Source: an uncultured virus (IMG/VR IMGVR_UViG_3300046340_000069) (lineage: Duplodnaviria; Heunggongvirae; Uroviricota; Caudoviricetes). Taken from it: a stretch of 60,734 nt of DNA. The stretch lies in the IMG/VR virus record IMGVR_UViG_3300046340_000069; one strand, written 5' to 3'. Position numbers and translations under genes: made by a program. The notes below the pieces were generated by a model. It was not told the DNA's origin and did no database searches. It saw only the letters and a program-made list of their open reading frames with translations. Below, piece by piece: positions 51,064-60,572 of the stretch (positions within the stretch are counted from its first letter, which is position 1; each line of letters begins with the position of its first letter).

Positions 51064-51285
51064 TCAATCATCGATTTCTATATATCCTTCACCTACTAAT
51101 GAAAAGTGATCGTAACCTAATGGCAATTGCATCCTCAATCGATTCCTTAATTGTATAGTGGCTGTCTGTAATATGGTTTCATATGGTTGTTTATAAACAA
51201 TCACTACACCAGATAATAAGGGTAGCTGATATTGAAAACAATAATATTTTAGTTTAGTATTCATAGCTTCACATATCCCACACAA
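51064..51285 (-). CDS. Hypothetical protein (start likely ATG at 51264)
   Basis: Short ORF in the operon upstream of gp43. Confidence 0.5.
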   Translation of the reverse strand: MCGICEAMNTKLKYYCFQYQLPLLSGVVIVYKQPYETILQTATIQLRNRLRMQLPLGYDHFSLVGEGYIEIDD

Positions 51286-51662
51286 GTTTGATATAATGCA
51301 GTAAATTCCGCACCATTCGCAGTAACCATAATGTCTTCATATATTTTTTGAGACAATTCTTCTAATTTACCTTCTGGTAAGTCTTTCCAGACTTCATCTG
51401 GTTTTGTATTAACTACCAGATCTACTTTTTTAATTTGTGAATAATTATTAGCAGGATCGACTCCTCTCAACTCACGAACTTTATGGTTCGGCATATAATG
51501 AAGTTGTTTGTTTAGTATCCCATATTCTTTAATCAAATCACAAATTTCTGGTACTGTAATACCTAACTGCATAGCCATATCTGTACGACTACAACTTGTT
51601 TTTGCTAATAAAATTATTTCTTCTTTTGTTGGTTTCATGTTCTTAATTAAATATGTTTCCAA
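51261..51662 (-). CDS. Hypothetical HTH-like protein
   Basis: SRTDMAMQLGIT..I motif. Confidence 0.6.
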   Translation of the reverse strand: METYLIKNMKPTKEEIILLAKTSCSRTDMAMQLGITVPEICDLIKEYGILNKQLHYMPNHKVRELRGVDPANNYSQIKKVDLVVNTKPDEVWKDLPEGKLEELSQKIYEDIMVTANGAEFTALYQTCVGYVKL

Positions 51663-52687
51663 GTACGTCTTTCTACCATATCCGAAACAGTTTTTCTATC
51701 CAAACTATAACGTCTAGATAATTCTCCTTTACTTACTCCTTCACTCCATAATCTTCTTATTTCTAATACTTGTTCGTCAGATACTTTACTATTCTTGTGC
51801 GAACTTCCAACCATTGTACGAGATTTGATGACAACACCTGGGAATATTTTACGCTCCACATGTTTAAAGCATTCTCGTCTCAATATTCTCCCTACTTGTA
51901 CTTGACTGATTTGGAATTTCTCACCAATTTCTTTTTGTGTCCATTTATGTATATCATACAATTCTACAATATGGAGAATATCTTCTTCACTTAAATCAGA
52001 ATTAGTTCGGAATTTCTCGGCTTTATCATTATTATTGTCTATTCTGGAACCTTCAAATAAATTATCTGGGTGAACATTTAATTTATTATCATCTTTATGA
52101 CATAAACATATATCTGAAGTTAATACTACCTTTGTTAGTTGATATATGATTCTATGTATTTTATGAGATGATGGTTTTCCATTTTTACATAAAGTGATTT
52201 TAGGATAGCCATTAGTGGTACTATACTTACACAACCAAGTATTTTCATCTATTACATCTATCTTACCTTCCAATTTTTCGATCATATCTTGCAAATATAT
52301 ATCACTCAATCCTAATTTATTTACAATTGGCACACCAAAAATATTAAAATTAATATCTAATTCAATATATGCACGAACTACTCGCACAATATTATATTTA
52401 TCAATTAATCGATTTATTGTAGATGGCGAACTATTAAGTAATTTAGCTGCTTCTGATTGATGCCAATTACATTCTTCCAATGCTTCCATCAACTGTTCTC
52501 GACTAATGCTGCTGAATTTAGGTTTTTGTAGAAATATTAGTTCCTTTTTATTAATCCCCAATCGTTTAATGTGAAGATGAATACCAGTTACACTGTATCC
52601 TAATTGTTTAGCTATATCAGAACCACTATGTACAGTTTTAGCAATATCAAGCAATTCTTTTTTCGTTAAAGTTATTTTATTAGCCAT
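51647..52687 (-). CDS. HNH endonuclease with multiple HTH domains
   Basis: GYP..HRIIY..CHKDDNKLNVHPDNLFEG..DN; HTH motifs; TWKHI end; directly downstream of terminase fragment 2. Confidence 0.85.
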   Translation of the reverse strand: MANKITLTKKELLDIAKTVHSGSDIAKQLGYSVTGIHLHIKRLGINKKELIFLQKPKFSSISREQLMEALEECNWHQSEAAKLLNSSPSTINRLIDKYNIVRVVRAYIELDINFNIFGVPIVNKLGLSDIYLQDMIEKLEGKIDVIDENTWLCKYSTTNGYPKITLCKNGKPSSHKIHRIIYQLTKVVLTSDICLCHKDDNKLNVHPDNLFEGSRIDNNNDKAEKFRTNSDLSEEDILHIVELYDIHKWTQKEIGEKFQISQVQVGRILRRECFKHVERKIFPGVVIKSRTMVGSSHKNSKVSDEQVLEIRRLWSEGVSKGELSRRYSLDRKTVSDMVERRTWKHI

Positions 52688-52727
52688 CTATACATCTTAA
52701 TTCAATAAATTAATCATAACATCCACA

Positions 52728-55139
52728 TCATTCTTTGTCAAGTACTATTTCTGAATCAATATCTATGCACTCTTGCTTCTGCTCTAATATGTTCTGTTCT
52801 TTTAATAAATTGTATAATTCTCCTAATTGTATGTCTCTCTCAACCCCCTCTAGATCGATGATACGAACAATACTACAAGATGAAAGCGACTCAAACTCCT
52901 GCTCGAATTGTTTAGCACTCGTATTCGCGATGGTCATTCGTTTAAATTCCGCATCTCTTCCTGGAATCATATCCCATGTAATCTCTACTGGCACATACTC
53001 ATTCTTACCATTCTTTGCATCAACAAAAATACGATAAAATAAGTTTAGCCCACGGGGGGTTTGTTCACCAACAAATCCATTATAGATAACGGAATGACAC
53101 CAAGGATCGTTAGGAACATTATCTAGAGAAAAATCATATAACTGTTCGATGTGGTCGTCATTAATCCGACGAATTTTAGTCCACAACAAATCCGGTCTAA
53201 CATTCAATTCAACAAATTCGCTAACACTACTATTAATTACAGATTGAATGATTGGTAATTTTTTAAGAGCATTTTGTCGATTCATGTGTACATATTTGTG
53301 TTGTCCCTCCCCATTAAAAGCAAAATATTGTTTAATATATTTCTTTTGTGTTTCTAATGGGAGATGTTGTTTAATGAATGGAATAAAAAATGGAATAGAA
53401 TCACTCTGTTTACGAAATTTTCTGATATTAGTCTGATAGCAATTCCATTGTTGTTTGTGAGGATGTTTAAAATTAATTATTTCAAAAAATTCTGGGGTGT
53501 AGCAATTTGGTATCTTCAGCAAAGTGCGACGAGAGTATCTCATTTTTCTTCTCATATGCCAATAATATCTTCGTTGTTCATATAACCCCTTTTTGATAGA
53601 ATTAACCACACCAATATTCAATAATAATAGGTGTATTTGTTCCAATAGGTCTTCATTAGTATTAGTGATGTATATATCACCATAATTGTTATTTTTTTTA
53701 CGATGATTCACTAGTGCCATACTATCGAAGCATCCTTGGAGAAAGGTAACAGTATTAATTTTAGACCACCGAAGGGGAATATCAGTTAGACCATTTCCAA
53801 AAGTAGTATACTTATCAGGAGAAGTGTACTTCAATTTTTTTAATACACTGGCTAGTTCAATTGAATCTATAATGTAATTAACCCCATCAAACTCATAATC
53901 CAGTCCAATATTTTTTATGGCATCATCATAACAATCCTCATCCAAATATCCACTATCCGTAATACGAAGAGTCAGAGTAATAAATCTGCCATCAGTTATA
54001 TAACCACTACCAGCATATATACCAAAAAAATAAGCAAATTCTGGAGTAACTATTGGGAATTTTTCAGAATCTAATGTATCCAAATTACCAAATATTTGAG
54101 TATTATATCTGACTGCAATAAAATCATTAGGTTCCAACTCAGATGCCCTAAACCAACCATATTTGCCTTGCTTACAGGCATAAAGTTTATGAGTAGTCGA
54201 ACACTCCAATTCAGTAAAATTAGTATATATTTTTCTAACGTTTGATTTACCGTTATTACACATAACAGTACCTTTATTATTTCCCTTCATACCCACTAAT
54301 TCATATGGTGGGATATGATATGATTTTTTCTCTAATTGATCTTTAATAAAAGTTTCGATGCGAGTATAACCTTTAGTGGTGAGAATATATGTATTTTTCA
54401 CTACACAAGAAGTGATAATTAATTTAGATTCTTTAGATGACGAAATAGTAGGATATACCGAGGTCATAAACTCTTCTTGGATACCATTAGGGACGAATGC
54501 GAATTCGTCGCAAAATACGATATTGAAGGTAGACCCGCGAACAGAGGTGGCACTGGTGGATGAGGCTAATATTTGAGAACCATTTTCAAGTTCGATATGT
54601 GTTTTATTCCATTGTATTACTCCTTGTTGTAACCACATTGGCAAATTTTCATATGCCATTTGTAGTCTACCTAATAGTTCCATAGATAGATCTCTTTTGT
54701 TTGCTAATATTGCAATATTTTGATGAGGTTTAAATAGTGCGACCCAGAGGGCATAGCAAATCATCGTAGTCGAGTTATGTGAAACTATATTATTGGTGAT
54801 GTAGAGGTCATCTTCTACATTCAATAAATCATACATATTTTCAATATTATCTGATTCATTAATAGCAAGAATTATATCAGGATACAAATATCCACCATCA
54901 TCCATTACCAATATCTCGTCCCCAACTATTAAATCTACTAGTTTAGTTTCTTCATACTCATCTTTATCATTCAATCTAATTAGAATATGATCGTCAGCAC
55001 AAGATAGATGATATTGGGTGGTGTATACGTTCCAAACATTATATTTAATAGTTTGCCCTACTCCAGCAAAATCTTTATATCCAGTAGGCGTTAGTACTTG
55101 CCAATCATTAGTATATTTTTCTTGTACAAACTCAGCCAT
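52728..55139 (-). CDS. gp17: Large terminase gp17 fragment 2: IntC1 (aa 1-122), ATPase extein, cis-intein, extein, IntN2 (last 53 aa)
   Basis: ..ITNNIVSHN|STT; ILANK, ELENGS, Walker B IVFCDEFAF; ITS|CVV...GEQ|TPRG; FEQEFE|SLS..LGELY. Confidence 0.93.
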   Translation of the reverse strand: MAEFVQEKYTNDWQVLTPTGYKDFAGVGQTIKYNVWNVYTTQYHLSCADDHILIRLNDKDEYEETKLVDLIVGDEILVMDDGGYLYPDIILAINESDNIENMYDLLNVEDDLYITNNIVSHNSTTMICYALWVALFKPHQNIAILANKRDLSMELLGRLQMAYENLPMWLQQGVIQWNKTHIELENGSQILASSTSATSVRGSTFNIVFCDEFAFVPNGIQEEFMTSVYPTISSSKESKLIITSCVVKNTYILTTKGYTRIETFIKDQLEKKSYHIPPYELVGMKGNNKGTVMCNNGKSNVRKIYTNFTELECSTTHKLYACKQGKYGWFRASELEPNDFIAVRYNTQIFGNLDTLDSEKFPIVTPEFAYFFGIYAGSGYITDGRFITLTLRITDSGYLDEDCYDDAIKNIGLDYEFDGVNYIIDSIELASVLKKLKYTSPDKYTTFGNGLTDIPLRWSKINTVTFLQGCFDSMALVNHRKKNNNYGDIYITNTNEDLLEQIHLLLLNIGVVNSIKKGLYEQRRYYWHMRRKMRYSRRTLLKIPNCYTPEFFEIINFKHPHKQQWNCYQTNIRKFRKQSDSIPFFIPFIKQHLPLETQKKYIKQYFAFNGEGQHKYVHMNRQNALKKLPIIQSVINSSVSEFVELNVRPDLLWTKIRRINDDHIEQLYDFSLDNVPNDPWCHSVIYNGFVGEQTPRGLNLFYRIFVDAKNGKNEYVPVEITWDMIPGRDAEFKRMTIANTSAKQFEQEFESLSSCSIVRIIDLEGVERDIQLGELYNLLKEQNILEQKQECIDIDSEIVLDKE
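53061..54407 (-). mobile_element. Contiguous 449-aa intein with LAGLIDADG-like endonuclease domain, ending in Gln
   Basis: Starts CVVKNT; block B CSTTH; FAYFFGIYAGSG and FLQGCFDS motifs; LYDFSL; ends YNGFVGEQ before Thr. Confidence 0.88.
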
Positions 55140-55304
55140 TTTATTAAATTTAATAATTCTATACTGATATTTATTGGTGTGTTTTTAATTATTAAATTTA
55201 ATAATGACCTCCTAAAATCAATTAGGAGGTCATTATTTTATGATTTGATACTAGTAGTCATATTTGTGATTTTTATGCTCTGAGAGGGGCATCCTAGACC
55301 CCTC

Positions 55305-56003
55305 TCAGAGCATAATAGGTTTATCCCAAGTAGCTTGATTTTCTAGATGCGTTTCAATAAGTTGTTCTAGTTTTGATTGATGTTCTGCTGTGAATACAAT
55401 ATTAGGATCTGGCAACCAATTAGGTACTTCTTGTAAGTATCTTTCGGGAGTGACTAATCCAGATTTTACTCCAAACTGATAATGCAAGTTTTGTAAGTAA
55501 TTGAGATCTTTATAACAAAAATTTATATGTTTACCATTTACTCTTGGCATAGCAATTTGTGTTATATAGCTACCATTATTATATGTTGCACCAATAGGGA
55601 GTCCAGATGACTTCTTTTGTATTAATATGTTAAACCATTGAGTAACTACTTCTAAATTAGAACGTTTATTATTACTAGGATCGCCATCTATATGATTAAT
55701 TACCCAATTAGCATTAGTTTTATATCCATATACTAACTCATGAATTCTTACAGTTTGTCCATCTTTTTTTGTACTAAATCTACCTCCACTATTATGATAC
55801 CAATTATATAGTTTTAACAATTCTACTTTATCAAGATCTATTGTGTTAGTATATATTTTACCAGATTTAGTATTCAGTACATGTAACGTTTCATCTACAA
55901 ATAGTTGATTGTAAGTAAGTTTACCTGCATATAGTTTATTGAGATTATGGTGAGGTTGATCGAATTGATAGAAATTGAGTATTTTGTCGCAGAAATGTAT
56001 CAT
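55305..56003 (-). CDS. HNH homing endonuclease, repeated family copy 4
   Basis: INHIDGDPSNNKRSNLEVVT. Confidence 0.88.
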   Translation of the reverse strand: MIHFCDKILNFYQFDQPHHNLNKLYAGKLTYNQLFVDETLHVLNTKSGKIYTNTIDLDKVELLKLYNWYHNSGGRFSTKKDGQTVRIHELVYGYKTNANWVINHIDGDPSNNKRSNLEVVTQWFNILIQKKSSGLPIGATYNNGSYITQIAMPRVNGKHINFCYKDLNYLQNLHYQFGVKSGLVTPERYLQEVPNWLPDPNIVFTAEHQSKLEQLIETHLENQATWDKPIML

Positions 56004-56005
56004 TT

Positions 56006-56377
56006 TTAATAATAATATATAGAATATATCTCAATCTGACGCATCCGATTTAGAAAATAGGTTTTTTCATTTTCAGTTTCAACTATCGCAACCGACGCAT
56101 AAAATTCAACACAATTCCCTAAGTCAATTCTTTCAACTTCTATATATTCTTTTAGTCCCGAACCAATTTTAAATATTTGATCTTTTAATATTATACCAGA
56201 TTCACCATTAACACTGATATTAATAATTTTGATATATTTTTCGTTTAAATCTTCAACAATTCCAGAGTATCTTTGAGATCTATTTTTGTACTTAACTAAG
56301 TTGCCATTAATAATGTTCAATATATTTTTTCTCGATGTGTATTCTAATAATATAACATTATTGGTGAGATATGTCAA
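56006..56377 (-). CDS. Hypothetical protein
   Basis: 123-aa ORF, start codon uncertain. Confidence 0.5.
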   Translation of the reverse strand: MTYLTNNVILLEYTSRKNILNIINGNLVKYKNRSQRYSGIVEDLNEKYIKIINISVNGESGIILKDQIFKIGSGLKEYIEVERIDLGNCVEFYASVAIVETENEKTYFLNRMRQIEIYSIYYY

Positions 56378-56414
56378 GTATATCTAAATATCAATATAAA
56401 AATTCAGTTTTTAC

Positions 56415-57638
56415 ATGTTAAAATTACTTCCGTCATTACAGCAAAATATAGGAAATTTGGTAGAAACACCAGATGGTTTCGAGAAATTTATGGGAGTGCA
56501 GAAAATTTATAGAAATAAATATATAGAATTAGAATTCTTAGACGACAATAAATTAGTTTGCTCACTTAATCATCCGATAAACACCACAGAAGGTATAATA
56601 TTAGCTAAAGATCTCACTAAAACTATAGAAATAATTGGAAAAGTAAATAATACTTTTCTTAAAACAAAAAAAACTATAAGAAAAAAAATAGAATTATATG
56701 ATATTGTTAATTCTGGCAAGAATCATTGGTATTATGCGAACGATATATTAAATAAAAACTGTAGCTTCATAGGTTCATCGCTCACCCTTCTTAATGCCAA
56801 TAAATTAGCAGCATTAACCCATAAAGAACCAATAGAAAGAAATGACAATATAGTTGTCTACGCAAAACCAAATCCTACGCATAGATATATGATTTGTGCA
56901 GACACCGCAGAAGGTGTTGAAAAGGATTATTCAGTAGCAATGGTGTTTGACATCACTACTGTACCATACACCATAACAGCTATTTATAAAAACAATAATA
57001 TTGCACCAATAGTATTCCCCAACATAATATTGAAATTGGCGAATGAATATAATAAAGCTTACGTTCTTGTAGAGTTAAACAGCATTGGATCACAAGTAGG
57101 AGATATTCTACATTACGATCTAGAATATAGCAACCTACTTATGACAGCCACCGTGGGACGAAACGGGTTAATTCTAGGTCAAGGATTCGGTAATAAGTGC
57201 AAATTTGGATTACAAATTACTAAAACTACAAAACGACTAGGTTATAGTAACATGAAATCTTTGATTGAAGATGATAAATTACTAATAGAAGATTTTGGTA
57301 TTATTAGTGAATTATCAACATATGTAGAAAAAGGGGATTCTTATGCAGCAGATGATGGTAGTAATGATGATCTAGTAGCTTGTATCGTATTATTTTCTTG
57401 GTGTGTTACCCAGCCGTATTTCAAAGAACTTACAGATTTAGACGTAGCAAAAGATATTCGGGAATTACACAGACAAGAAATAGAAGACGACATGGCGGTA
57501 TTAGGTGCTTTATTGATAAATGGAGAAGAATTAGAAGATGGTATTGTGGAAGAAGGTGGAGATCTGTGGTGGAATGCTAAGTTAACTGACAGTTATTATG
57601 AGTACGGGTACGAGGTGCCAGTTATTTATTACTTTTAA
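56415..57638 (+). CDS. gp17: Large terminase gp17 fragment 3: IntC2 (aa 1-115) plus nuclease domain
   Basis: TPDGF..F.GVQK..CSLNH..LYDIVN..YYANDILNKN|CSFIGSS.TL; nuclease motifs ADTAEG..DYS, ELNSIG, NDDLV. Confidence 0.93.
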   Translation: MLKLLPSLQQNIGNLVETPDGFEKFMGVQKIYRNKYIELEFLDDNKLVCSLNHPINTTEGIILAKDLTKTIEIIGKVNNTFLKTKKTIRKKIELYDIVNSGKNHWYYANDILNKNCSFIGSSLTLLNANKLAALTHKEPIERNDNIVVYAKPNPTHRYMICADTAEGVEKDYSVAMVFDITTVPYTITAIYKNNNIAPIVFPNIILKLANEYNKAYVLVELNSIGSQVGDILHYDLEYSNLLMTATVGRNGLILGQGFGNKCKFGLQITKTTKRLGYSNMKSLIEDDKLLIEDFGIISELSTYVEKGDSYAADDGSNDDLVACIVLFSWCVTQPYFKELTDLDVAKDIRELHRQEIEDDMAVLGALLINGEELEDGIVEEGGDLWWNAKLTDSYYEYGYEVPVIYYF

Positions 57639-57690
57639 TTGCTTACTATAATTATAGTTTTCGTGCGTTGTAGGGCATTTTAGCCATCTC

Positions 57691-58095
57691 TCAGAGTATA
57701 ATTGGCTGCTCCCAAGTAGATTGATTCTCTAGATGTGCTTCAATTAATTGATCTAATTTTGTTTGATGTTTTGGTGAGCATTGTATGGTAGAATCGGGTA
57801 GCCAATTAGGAACTTCTCTGAGGTATCTTTCTGGAGTAACTAATCCTGACTTTACTGCAAAATGATAATGTATGTTTTGTAAGTAATTTATATATTTAGA
57901 ACCAAAAGTCATAGCTTTACTATTTTTTCTTGGCATAGCAATATTTGTTAGATAACTACCGCCACTAACAATTATTTATAGATCGTCTATAAATAATTGA
58001 TTATATGTTAATTTTAATTTTTATTTTCCATTATCTACATTATGATTAGGCAGATTGAACTGATAGAGATTTAATGTTTTGCAGAAGTGGATCAT
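57691..58095 (-). pseudogene. HNH family copy with internal deletion
   Basis: N-terminal MIHFCK..YNQLFIDDL (58095-57980) adjoins C-terminal AMPR..LIEAHLENQSTW; HNH core missing. Confidence 0.8.
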
Positions 58096-58134
58096 TTTTA
58101 CCAATATAAAGTATATAATAATTATAACACATAA

Positions 58135-58434
58135 ATGCAAAAAAAACAGGTTTATATTATCTTTAATGAATTATTAAATTTAATAAAAATAGGAGTCACC
58201 AACAACATTCCTCGCAGACTAAGGCAACTTGAGTGCAGTTCTGGATGCAAACTAGAACTATACTATCATACTGAACCGATATATAACGCAACCAAAATAG
58301 AAAAGTCACTGCATCAGTATTTTAATTTAAAACGAAAAGAAGGCGAGTACTTTTTTATAAGCGCAGAAGAAGCAAAAGAAAAATTGTTATTTATGATATC
58401 TAACTTGACTAAAGTATATACAGACAATTTATAA
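58135..58434 (+). CDS. GIY-YIG-related T5orf172/MUG113-domain protein
   Basis: VYII..IKIGVT..RRLRQL..IEKSLHQYF..GEYF. Confidence 0.8.
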   Translation: MQKKQVYIIFNELLNLIKIGVTNNIPRRLRQLECSSGCKLELYYHTEPIYNATKIEKSLHQYFNLKRKEGEYFFISAEEAKEKLLFMISNLTKVYTDNL

Positions 58435-58469
58435 ATATAAATAATAGTAATAACAATAAGTATAATAAA

Positions 58470-60446
58470 ATGCCTATAAATTTATCCTCGCCTGGTGTGT
58501 CGATTCAAGAAATAGATAAGTCCGCAACAATCAATACAGAAAATAGCAAAATTGCAATTATTGCATTACCCGCATCTAAAGGCGTAACTAATAAAGTAAC
58601 ATACATTTCTAATGAAGCAGAATTAGTAGAGCAATTTGGTAAACCAGATGATAATAATTACATTGAATGGTTTAGCGCATTAGAAGTAATGCGTTATGGA
58701 GTACTAGCAGGGGTAATTCGCCCAAATGATAGTACCACTGCACTAAAAACAGCAAACGTAACTAGCAATGGATTTGATAGTACATTATCTGTATCAGGAA
58801 TGTCAGAATACGAATTAAACACCAATAACTATATTTTTTCTGCACAAAGTCAATCTGATTTATACAATGGGGTGACAGTAGCGGTAATCGATCATGGAGC
58901 AGATCAAATTCTGACAATAAATGTTGGTACAAATCCAGTACCAACAATTGCAGTTGGGGATATTGTAAAAACGATAACTAGTTTTGGATGGGTGTATTCT
59001 ATTAATACAAATGGATATACAGTTACAATAAATGACCCCACCAAAAAATTTAATTTGGGGGAAACTATTTATCTAGTAGATGGTATTACACCTATTGGGG
59101 TAATCACTGGCATTACTGATTTTTATAATACACAAAATATATTACCAGGACTTCCTTGGTCAACTATTGCACCACAACCAGGAACTAGTCAAAAAGCTAA
59201 AGATTTGAATAGCAAATTTGATGAATTTCATGCAGTAATTATTGATACTACTGGTAAAATTAGTGGTAATATTAATGCAATTTTAGAATCATACACATAC
59301 CTATCCAAAGCATCAGATGGAACTAGTGCGGAAGGAGTAGACACTTATTGGAAACGAGCAATTTTAAATCGTTCAAAATATATTTTCCCTGGTTCACAAA
59401 AATTTAATATTGGTACTACATTAACTCCAGTAATCCCAGCAAATGCTACATATATTGGAGCAGATATTGGAGATCAAATTGCCGGAAAAATATTTAGACT
59501 ATTTCGGAATAGTTCGAGTGGAGCAACATTAAAATTACATTTACAAGGTGGTACATCTTACAATTGGCTATTACCTACAGTTGTCGAAAGCAGTATTAGT
59601 TCTGCCTATGATATTGTAGAAGATTCCGAAGTATTTGGTGATATCGATTTTTTAATCCCTGGTAAAATTACTACACAGAGAATATTAAAATTACTCAGTA
59701 TTTGCGAACGTCGTAGAGACTGTAGAATGGCGGTCGCGCCTGCACAAGCAGATGTTTTAAATAGTTTCAGTAGTAACAATAAAGTTAACAGAATTATTAA
59801 TTTCTTTGATACACTACCTAGTAGTTCATTCATGATTTTCTGTGATAATTATAAATACATTTATGACAAGTACAATAATACTTTTAGATATATTCCATGC
59901 TCTGCTGATGTGGCTGGATTAACTTTATCTACATTAAATTCTTGGCAATCTCCCGCAGGAGTTACACATGGGGTAATAAAAAATGCAATTAAACTAGCAT
60001 ATAGTCCAAAACGTTCTGAAAGAGATCAACTATATAGTCATAGAGTAAATTCGATCATTAGCTACCCAGGTAGAGGGGTAATTCTAAATGGTGACAAAAC
60101 TGCATTATCTTCACCATCGGCATTCGATCGAATTGGTGTAAGAGGATTGATGATTGAATTACAACGAGTAATTTCTCAATTTGCAGAAAATCAATTATTT
60201 GAAATCAATGACGATAACAGCAGAAAGAATTTTCTAGATAACGTAACACCTTATCTACAGAATATTCAAGCAAATCGCGGAATTTACGAATACCAAGTGA
60301 TTGCCGACACTACTAATAATAGTGTTCAAGATATTGATGCCAATAAGTTTACTGCGGATATCTACATCAAACCTGCACGTAGTATAAACTTTATCGTATT
60401 GAATTTTATTGTTACTGCTACTGGTGCAAGTTTCACAGAAACTTAA
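58470..60446 (+). CDS. gp18: Tail sheath protein gp18
   Basis: LSSPGVSIQEID..FGKP..SPAG..GDKT..FDRIGVR.L..IYIKPARSINFI.LNF. Confidence 0.95.
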   Translation: MPINLSSPGVSIQEIDKSATINTENSKIAIIALPASKGVTNKVTYISNEAELVEQFGKPDDNNYIEWFSALEVMRYGVLAGVIRPNDSTTALKTANVTSNGFDSTLSVSGMSEYELNTNNYIFSAQSQSDLYNGVTVAVIDHGADQILTINVGTNPVPTIAVGDIVKTITSFGWVYSINTNGYTVTINDPTKKFNLGETIYLVDGITPIGVITGITDFYNTQNILPGLPWSTIAPQPGTSQKAKDLNSKFDEFHAVIIDTTGKISGNINAILESYTYLSKASDGTSAEGVDTYWKRAILNRSKYIFPGSQKFNIGTTLTPVIPANATYIGADIGDQIAGKIFRLFRNSSSGATLKLHLQGGTSYNWLLPTVVESSISSAYDIVEDSEVFGDIDFLIPGKITTQRILKLLSICERRRDCRMAVAPAQADVLNSFSSNNKVNRIINFFDTLPSSSFMIFCDNYKYIYDKYNNTFRYIPCSADVAGLTLSTLNSWQSPAGVTHGVIKNAIKLAYSPKRSERDQLYSHRVNSIISYPGRGVILNGDKTALSSPSAFDRIGVRGLMIELQRVISQFAENQLFEINDDNSRKNFLDNVTPYLQNIQANRGIYEYQVIADTTNNSVQDIDANKFTADIYIKPARSINFIVLNFIVTATGASFTET

Positions 60447-60572
60447 TTTAAATTATTAAATTTAATAAAATGCCCTCAACTATGAGGGCATTTTATTGTA
60501 TTAGATGCTAGTAGTCATTATTCTAGTTATCATGCGTTGAGGGGCATTCTACACCCCTCTCAGCGCATAATA

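Larger units (their letters stand above)
4709..60467. repeat. Dispersed 14-bp palindrome TATTAAATTTAATA, ~25 copies
   Basis: Counted by eye at 4709, 6979, 8420, 10540, 12237, 13807, 16299, 19348, 20378, 21359, 24836, 28272, 28755, 31387, 33455, 35974, 38469, 40655, 45527, 47649, 50707, 55142, 55190, 58172, 60454. Confidence 0.9.

Noticed and set aside
19686..59833. Many short antisense or overlapping ORFs inside long genes
   Set aside because: Shadow frames of well-supported structural and replication genes, with no recognisable motifs.
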